32,000 nucleotides of DNA from Candidatus Heimdallarchaeota archaeon (GTDB lineage: Archaea; Asgardarchaeota; Heimdallarchaeia; Heimdallarchaeales; Kariarchaeaceae): contig JASBSB010000006.1 in NCBI GenBank assembly GCA_030149205.1, positions 300,001 through 332,000 of the forward strand, read 5' to 3'. A program made the translations under genes and the position numbers. The notes below the pieces were generated by a model. That model had not been told where the DNA came from. It saw only the letters and a program-made list of their open reading frames with translations, and made no database searches. This document shows, piece after piece, positions 26,992 through 32,000 of the stretch (position 1 is the stretch's first letter; every line of letters begins with the position of its first letter).

Positions 26992-27555
26992 ATGGCACAT
27001 CCTCCGTTTGGGCATCATTTAGAAATTTGTATGTCTGTTCCAGATATGCAGCAAACTGTTGACTATTACCTCTCACTCGGATTTGAGATATACTCTGGTG
27101 GTGTAGACAAAGGCTGGTGTACTGTCACAGATGGATTGATACATCTTGCTTTTTTTCCTCAGGGATTCATTGAAAAGGAATTTGGAGTGAAGGTGCTCCT
27201 GAACTACAGAGGTGGAAATATAGCCAAGATAATCAAGTACCTCGAAGAACGGAAAGTCAAGTTAGACAAGAAGAAGTTGAATACTGACGGAACTGGCGAT
27301 GCATTGCTCACAGACCTCAACGGTGTAAAACTATATTTTGACACTGTTGATTATGAAGAACGAGTCCACACCGATGAAATCATTATTCCTAAGTCAATAA
27401 ACACCCCAGAAACTATCGATATCCCAAGAGATTTAGGTGTCCCAGAATCAGTTGAGATACCAAGCGATCTACCGGTTCCAAAGGATTTGAATACCCCTGA
27501 AACACTCAAAGTTGCTAAAAATGCGTTGTATCAAGAAGACTTAGAAATGCACTGA
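26992..27555 (+). CDS. VOC/glyoxalase-family protein with a Pro-periodic hexapeptide-repeat tail
   Basis: HHLEICMSVPDMQQTVDYYLSLGFE and ...TDLNGVKLYF fit the VOC beta-alpha-beta-beta-beta pattern; the tail carries seven hexapeptides. Confidence 0.75.
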   Translation: MAHPPFGHHLEICMSVPDMQQTVDYYLSLGFEIYSGGVDKGWCTVTDGLIHLAFFPQGFIEKEFGVKVLLNYRGGNIAKIIKYLEERKVKLDKKKLNTDGTGDALLTDLNGVKLYFDTVDYEERVHTDEIIIPKSINTPETIDIPRDLGVPESVEIPSDLPVPKDLNTPETLKVAKNALYQEDLEMH

Positions 27556-27595
27556 AATGGGTAAATCCTTTTAAAAATTCTGTAAATCTTGTCCT

Positions 27596-28807
27596 ATGAA
27601 GAATTCAAAAATACCACATGATCTTTTGTTAGAGATTGTAGAAGAGAAGCACCAGATGCTTGAAAAAATAATGGTTGAGGAGGGCATTGGTTGTTGGGTG
27701 GTCTTCATGAGAGAGACATCAATAAACCCAGAACCTGTTCAAAACCTCGTGATAGGTGGAGATATTGTCTGGGAAAGTGCTTTTGTATTCACCTCTATTG
27801 GAAAATTTCGAAAGATTGCCTTGGTTGGTAACTTTGATGCTAAAGCAGAGGAATCAAAAGGGATCTGGACAGAGGTTAGGTCATACGTTAACGGTATTTC
27901 TGATGAGCTGAAAACCTTAATCAAGGAGATCTCTCCAAATAGTATAGCAATAAACTATTCTGAGGATGATGTTAGTGCTGATGGACTTTCTCATGGGATG
28001 TATCTCAAGCTCAGAGAGATACTCCCCAACCAGAAATTTGTGTCAGCTGAGAGAATTATCCAAAGAATCAGAGCAAAGAAGACTGAAAGCGAATTGGAGC
28101 AGATTAAACTTGCAGCACAACTGACTGAGACAATCAACCAAAAAGCTATATCGAAAGTTCGACTTGGAATGACTGAAAGGGAGATCCAGTGGATATTTCA
28201 TCAGTTGATGGACGAGTATGAGGTTGAGGAGGCATGGCAAAGAGTTTCCTGTCCAGCCATCGATGCTGGCCCCGAGAAAGAGATGGGACATGTGGGGCCA
28301 ACAGACCTGTCAATTACCAAATATAACACTTTACACAATGATTTTGGAATAAGATACAATGGATACTGTTCTGATATACAACGAATGTGGTTTTTTGGAG
28401 AAGATGAAGAGATTCCTGAAATGTTGACTCATGCCTTTGAGACAGTTAGAACCGCAATTCACATCGCAGCCAAATTTATTAGACCTGGAGTCAAGGGGTT
28501 TGAGGTGGATAAAATTGCAAGGGATTACGTGATCTCCAGAGGGTATGAAGAATACAAACATGCGTTGGGACATCAGGTTGGCACCCAGGCACATGATGGA
28601 GGAACAATATTGGGACCAAAATGGGAGAGGTATGGGAAGCTCCCTGAGGGGATAATCGAGGAGGGAAATGTCTTTACTCTTGAATTATATGTTAAAACTG
28701 CTCACTTTGGAATGGTCTCCCTTGAAGAGATGATCATTGTAAGAAACGGTCTCGCAGAGTTCATTGTACCCCCTCAAGAAAAATTCATTACTATATCTCA
28801 TCATTAA
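27596..28807 (+). CDS. Xaa-Pro aminopeptidase/prolidase family (M24B)
   Basis: Metal-binding motifs DFG...GYCSDIQR, HALGH, AHD, TLE and SLEE. Confidence 0.93.
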   Translation: MKNSKIPHDLLLEIVEEKHQMLEKIMVEEGIGCWVVFMRETSINPEPVQNLVIGGDIVWESAFVFTSIGKFRKIALVGNFDAKAEESKGIWTEVRSYVNGISDELKTLIKEISPNSIAINYSEDDVSADGLSHGMYLKLREILPNQKFVSAERIIQRIRAKKTESELEQIKLAAQLTETINQKAISKVRLGMTEREIQWIFHQLMDEYEVEEAWQRVSCPAIDAGPEKEMGHVGPTDLSITKYNTLHNDFGIRYNGYCSDIQRMWFFGEDEEIPEMLTHAFETVRTAIHIAAKFIRPGVKGFEVDKIARDYVISRGYEEYKHALGHQVGTQAHDGGTILGPKWERYGKLPEGIIEEGNVFTLELYVKTAHFGMVSLEEMIIVRNGLAEFIVPPQEKFITISHH

Positions 28808-30069
28808 CCTAGTTCTCTTAGAATCAACTCTCTCAAACCAGGTGGTTCAAGCATTGAAGTCTTTTCAAGGAGTGTTCGGTTTTCGTACACTTTAAGAAAT
28901 TGATAAACGTCCTTAGATAGTTGATTTAAGATGATATCCAAAAATTTGCTCAATCTCTCAGCAACTACTGCAAACAACCATATTTCATCTCCAACCTGTA
29001 TCTTTTTAATTATGACTGCCCTCATATCCATACGAACAACGATCTCTTCATTATTAAGTCCATTCAAGGAGTTAAAATACATGAAGATTGCACTAACAAA
29101 TCCACCTTTCAAAAGTTTATTTGAGGTCGATGTTTTAGTCAACTGAAATTGATACACCGGTACCCCTCCATTTTTAATTATGAATAATTCGTATACAGGT
29201 GAAACCAAAGTTGTCAAGAAGTTTGGGTCTCTTAGGTAAAGTATTAGCAAGGGAATAAAGAACAGAGGGATTACTTCACTTCCAAAAAACACCTTTGGAA
29301 ATCGGAATAATGTGTATGTGGTCATGAGAATCAAGGCCTCAACAAGCCCAAGAACTAGAGTGAACTGAAATCGAGCTGAGCGTGTAAAATCTCTGGAATT
29401 TAAACGTAGATTTAAGCAGTTATAATAAGAATAAGCAGCATAAATTGAAACAAATAGGCCACCAGCAAAGTAAATTGTAAATTGAATAAAGGGAGCGATT
29501 ACAGGGTCTTGAAAATAATCAACTCCGCTGATAGAATAGACGATTGTTAAAAAAATCGCTGGTGCAACCCCTATGATTATTATGAAGGATTTTAATATTG
29601 TAACTCGTAAATTTCGTTGGTATTCTAAATGTAAAAAGGTGAAAAATATAAAGAGGGCAAAGAAAAGAAACCAGAAATAATCGTGAAGATGGTAATCTAA
29701 ATAATCTAATTTGTCAGGCACAAACGCTTTAGAGCTTGATTGAACATAAGCACTCCAAAAATAAGATAATGACACACTTAAGATACTAAGAGCAAAATAC
29801 TTGCTGACTCCCAACCTTTTAATTCGAATCGCTTGGAGCACAAAGATCAAATCAAACAGGAAAAGGATTAACCCCGGTACAACAAAATATAGAGGTAAAT
29901 GTTGCCATTCCATTGTTCGAATTACAAAGTAGTTGCTGGAATAAACCGGTTCAGAAAAAAAGTAGACAGCACTTACATAAAGTAGTTGAATTACCAAAAC
30001 GGGAATCCCTATGGTTTTTACAACCTTCTTCGACCCATCTTTGAATCCAACCAACTCATATGGATTCAT
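28804..30069 (-). CDS. Multi-TM (about 8) protein with C-terminal longin-like domain
   Basis: Hydrophobic helices to about aa 280, then VYELFIIKNGGVPVY...LLKGGFVSAIFMYF...LFAVVAE...LNQL, a longin-like beta-beta-alpha-beta-beta-beta-alpha pattern. Confidence 0.7.
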   Translation of the reverse strand: MNPYELVGFKDGSKKVVKTIGIPVLVIQLLYVSAVYFFSEPVYSSNYFVIRTMEWQHLPLYFVVPGLILFLFDLIFVLQAIRIKRLGVSKYFALSILSVSLSYFWSAYVQSSSKAFVPDKLDYLDYHLHDYFWFLFFALFIFFTFLHLEYQRNLRVTILKSFIIIIGVAPAIFLTIVYSISGVDYFQDPVIAPFIQFTIYFAGGLFVSIYAAYSYYNCLNLRLNSRDFTRSARFQFTLVLGLVEALILMTTYTLFRFPKVFFGSEVIPLFFIPLLILYLRDPNFLTTLVSPVYELFIIKNGGVPVYQFQLTKTSTSNKLLKGGFVSAIFMYFNSLNGLNNEEIVVRMDMRAVIIKKIQVGDEIWLFAVVAERLSKFLDIILNQLSKDVYQFLKVYENRTLLEKTSMLEPPGLRELILRELG

Positions 30070-30183
30070 GATAGCTCAATGTCTATATTCTTTATAAAGA
30101 CAAATGGTTGGATGTTATGAAATTGAATTTAATTTGTTAGCTTTTTTTTAACTCATTTAGTGACTTCTTAAAACGAACTAATC

Positions 30184-32000
30184 TTAAGAATTTAGAAACT
30201 TTTTGAACTGTAGACGTATCTCAAGCTGCTCAAATGCCACATCAACGGCATCACTGACTCTAGGATTCTTAGAGACATATCCCTCAAAGAATTTTTCCAT
30301 GTCTTCTTTTTGCTCATAGCTCTGTTGTACCACATTTAGAATAGCACCCTGAAACATAAAATTGTTAAGAGCTTCAAAAGAGTCTAAGTTTGCAATATAC
30401 CACTCCCAGATATCCTTTCTTACAACCTCATTTCTGGTCAGGCGTGATATCGCAACACCACGATTCCTGCTTGGTATATCTGTGAAAACAAGACCCATCA
30501 CATCTTCTAATAGATTCTTATCTGAAAGTGAGCAAAGCGCATTGATTGAGTAAATAAATTCTGTTTCACTACTTGGAGACTTGAACTGTTTCATCAACCA
30601 ATCATAATCATTTGTAAATTCAGCACCTACAGCAAAAAGAACAGAACGCAGATCAGCACTAACTGCTTTTCCAGCCTTAAGTTTTTCGAATTCTCCAAGA
30701 GCGAATCTCTTAGCCTCCTCTAGACCCATCTTTATTGCAATATAGAGTAAGCTTCCCCTGATAATAGAGATCCCCATACCCTCATCATCCTTGGGTGAGT
30801 AACCTATACGAGAGAATACCTTTTGAAGAAAAGTGGTTCCAAATTTTTTAACTTTTTCTTTGACCTCACCATCTTCGAGCAGATCATAGATGTAATGGAG
30901 ATGAGAGGCTACAGAGAAAATTCCAAGGTGTGAACTCTCATCGCTAAAGCTATCAGCAAATTCTAGATATTGATCCAAGGATATTTTTTTAGCCTTCAAT
31001 AGAGCAAAGAGATTATCTTCCAAGCCAAATCGATCCTTTGAATTGATTGTCTTGTTTCTGACTAGTTCTGAGTGACTTGCAATCAAATCAGAGGGATAGT
31101 TTATCCTGTAAAAGCCACTAAAGTCCTCATTTAATGTGAAAGTATCAAAGCTGGGTACCGTTTCAGTATGTGATTGACCATCAAAACTGAATTTTCTGCG
31201 CTCGAGTAATTTGTTATCTTTATAGAGATTTAAGGTCACAGGCACTACCCAAAGCATTTTAGAATCAGACGAAAGGTAAGTGAATCTTTTTTGTGAAAAT
31301 CTTAGCTGATTCCCTTCATGTACTATGTTTACAATTGGAATCCCTTCCTGTAAGACCCACGATTCCATCATCTTCACGATAGGTTTTCCGGTTGCCTCCT
31401 CTAGGCTTTCCCACAGGTTATTGCTTTTGGTCACCCCAAACGCATGTTTCTTGAAATAAGCCCTCAAACCCTTTCTGAAATCATCTTGACCCAAAAAGTA
31501 CTCGACCTGCCTGAGGATAGAACCACCCTTACTGTACAATATTGGAACTGTTTTGGCAGTAAATGAAATGGCCGCATCACCTTCAATTTCAATTGGTGAG
31601 GTTTTAATCATGCTATCCCAATCCATCACACCACTCGTACTTCTTGCCCCTCTAGGAAGGCCTGTATCCATCACAAAGTAATCAAAAATGTGTTTCTCTG
31701 GATAGTAGTGATCCACCACCCTAGTTGCGAAGAAGGTTGCAAAGGATTCATTTAACCATAGATATTTCCATGTCTCAGGGCTAACCAAGTTTCCAAACCA
31801 TTGGTGTGCAATCTCATGTGCTATAACGGACAAAATTGAGTTCTCTTGTGATTTTGATGTCATCCCCTCATAGTGGAGAAGTGCATTCTCTCGATAGAGG
31901 ATAGCACCCCAGTTCTCCATTGCACCAGCTGCAAAATCAGGTGTGGCTATCTGATCAAGTTTGGGGAGTGGATAAGGTTGATCAAAGTATTCCTCATCAA
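30184..32000 (-). CDS. M1-family aminopeptidase (PepN/tricorn-interacting-factor type), 5' part beyond the window edge
   Basis: The frame is open to the right edge: ...YFDQPYPLPKLDQIATPDFAAGAMENWG...HEIAHQW...WLNES, followed by an ERAP1-like C-terminal domain. Confidence 0.95.
   Translation of the reverse strand, partial: DEEYFDQPYPLPKLDQIATPDFAAGAMENWGAILYRENALLHYEGMTSKSQENSILSVIAHEIAHQWFGNLVSPETWKYLWLNESFATFFATRVVDHYYPEKHIFDYFVMDTGLPRGARSTSGVMDWDSMIKTSPIEIEGDAAISFTAKTVPILYSKGGSILRQVEYFLGQDDFRKGLRAYFKKHAFGVTKSNNLWESLEEATGKPIVKMMESWVLQEGIPIVNIVHEGNQLRFSQKRFTYLSSDSKMLWVVPVTLNLYKDNKLLERRKFSFDGQSHTETVPSFDTFTLNEDFSGFYRINYPSDLIASHSELVRNKTINSKDRFGLEDNLFALLKAKKISLDQYLEFADSFSDESSHLGIFSVASHLHYIYDLLEDGEVKEKVKKFGTTFLQKVFSRIGYSPKDDEGMGISIIRGSLLYIAIKMGLEEAKRFALGEFEKLKAGKAVSADLRSVLFAVGAEFTNDYDWLMKQFKSPSSETEFIYSINALCSLSDKNLLEDVMGLVFTDIPSRNRGVAISRLTRNEVVRKDIWEWYIANLDSFEALNNFMFQGAILNVVQQSYEQKEDMEKFFEGYVSKNPRVSDAVDVAFEQLEIRLQFKKFLNS

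Noticed and set aside
6447-30553. Remaining short track ORFs (e.g. 6447, 9116, 11041, 11697, 14730, 16086, 16548, 17000, 17789, 19041, 20115, 22573, 23908, 25209, 26510, 27739, 28043, 28331, 28931, 30362)
   Set aside because: They overlap well-supported genes, mostly on the opposite strand, and have no motifs.
27596-32000. M24 and M1 peptidases as part of the ATP-grasp peptide-tag system
   Set aside because: They are separated by unrelated genes and are common housekeeping peptidases; nothing in the sequence links them.

Overview
Archaeal chromosomal window, most likely an Asgard archaeon (Heimdallarchaeia-like). This is inferred from a Rab-like small GTPase, five multi-TM proteins with longin/uDENN-like C-terminal domains, an AN1 zinc finger, archaeal TATA boxes and GGAGGTG/GGTGA Shine-Dalgarno motifs. 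Housekeeping genes: partial uvrA, clpB, a cluster-less MutY-like glycosylase, VKOR, a TlpA-like redoxin, surE, a MazG-like pyrophosphatase, an SDR, a VOC protein, and M24, M50 and partial M1 peptidases. There is also a vapBC pair whose toxin carries an in-frame TAA. Three regions stand out. (1) 18112-25685 is a three-gene cell-surface operon: a Cys-free double prenyltransferase-like alpha/alpha-barrel protein with a C-terminal anchor, a 1378-aa fusion of barrels + Ig-like + 7TM_transglut + RimK-related ATP-grasp ligase, and a membrane-anchored transglutaminase-like enzyme with an intact Cys-His-Asp triad. (2) 8752-13759 holds four 7TM + longin/uDENN-like genes arranged as a duplicated two-gene B-A unit, 2.7 kb from the Rab-like GTPase. 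(3) 6233-7950 holds an RHH + winged-helix gene preceded by an array of GACAT operator-like repeats and followed by about 1 kb of extremely AT-rich non-coding DNA. All family calls come from motif recognition by eye; no database searches were run.
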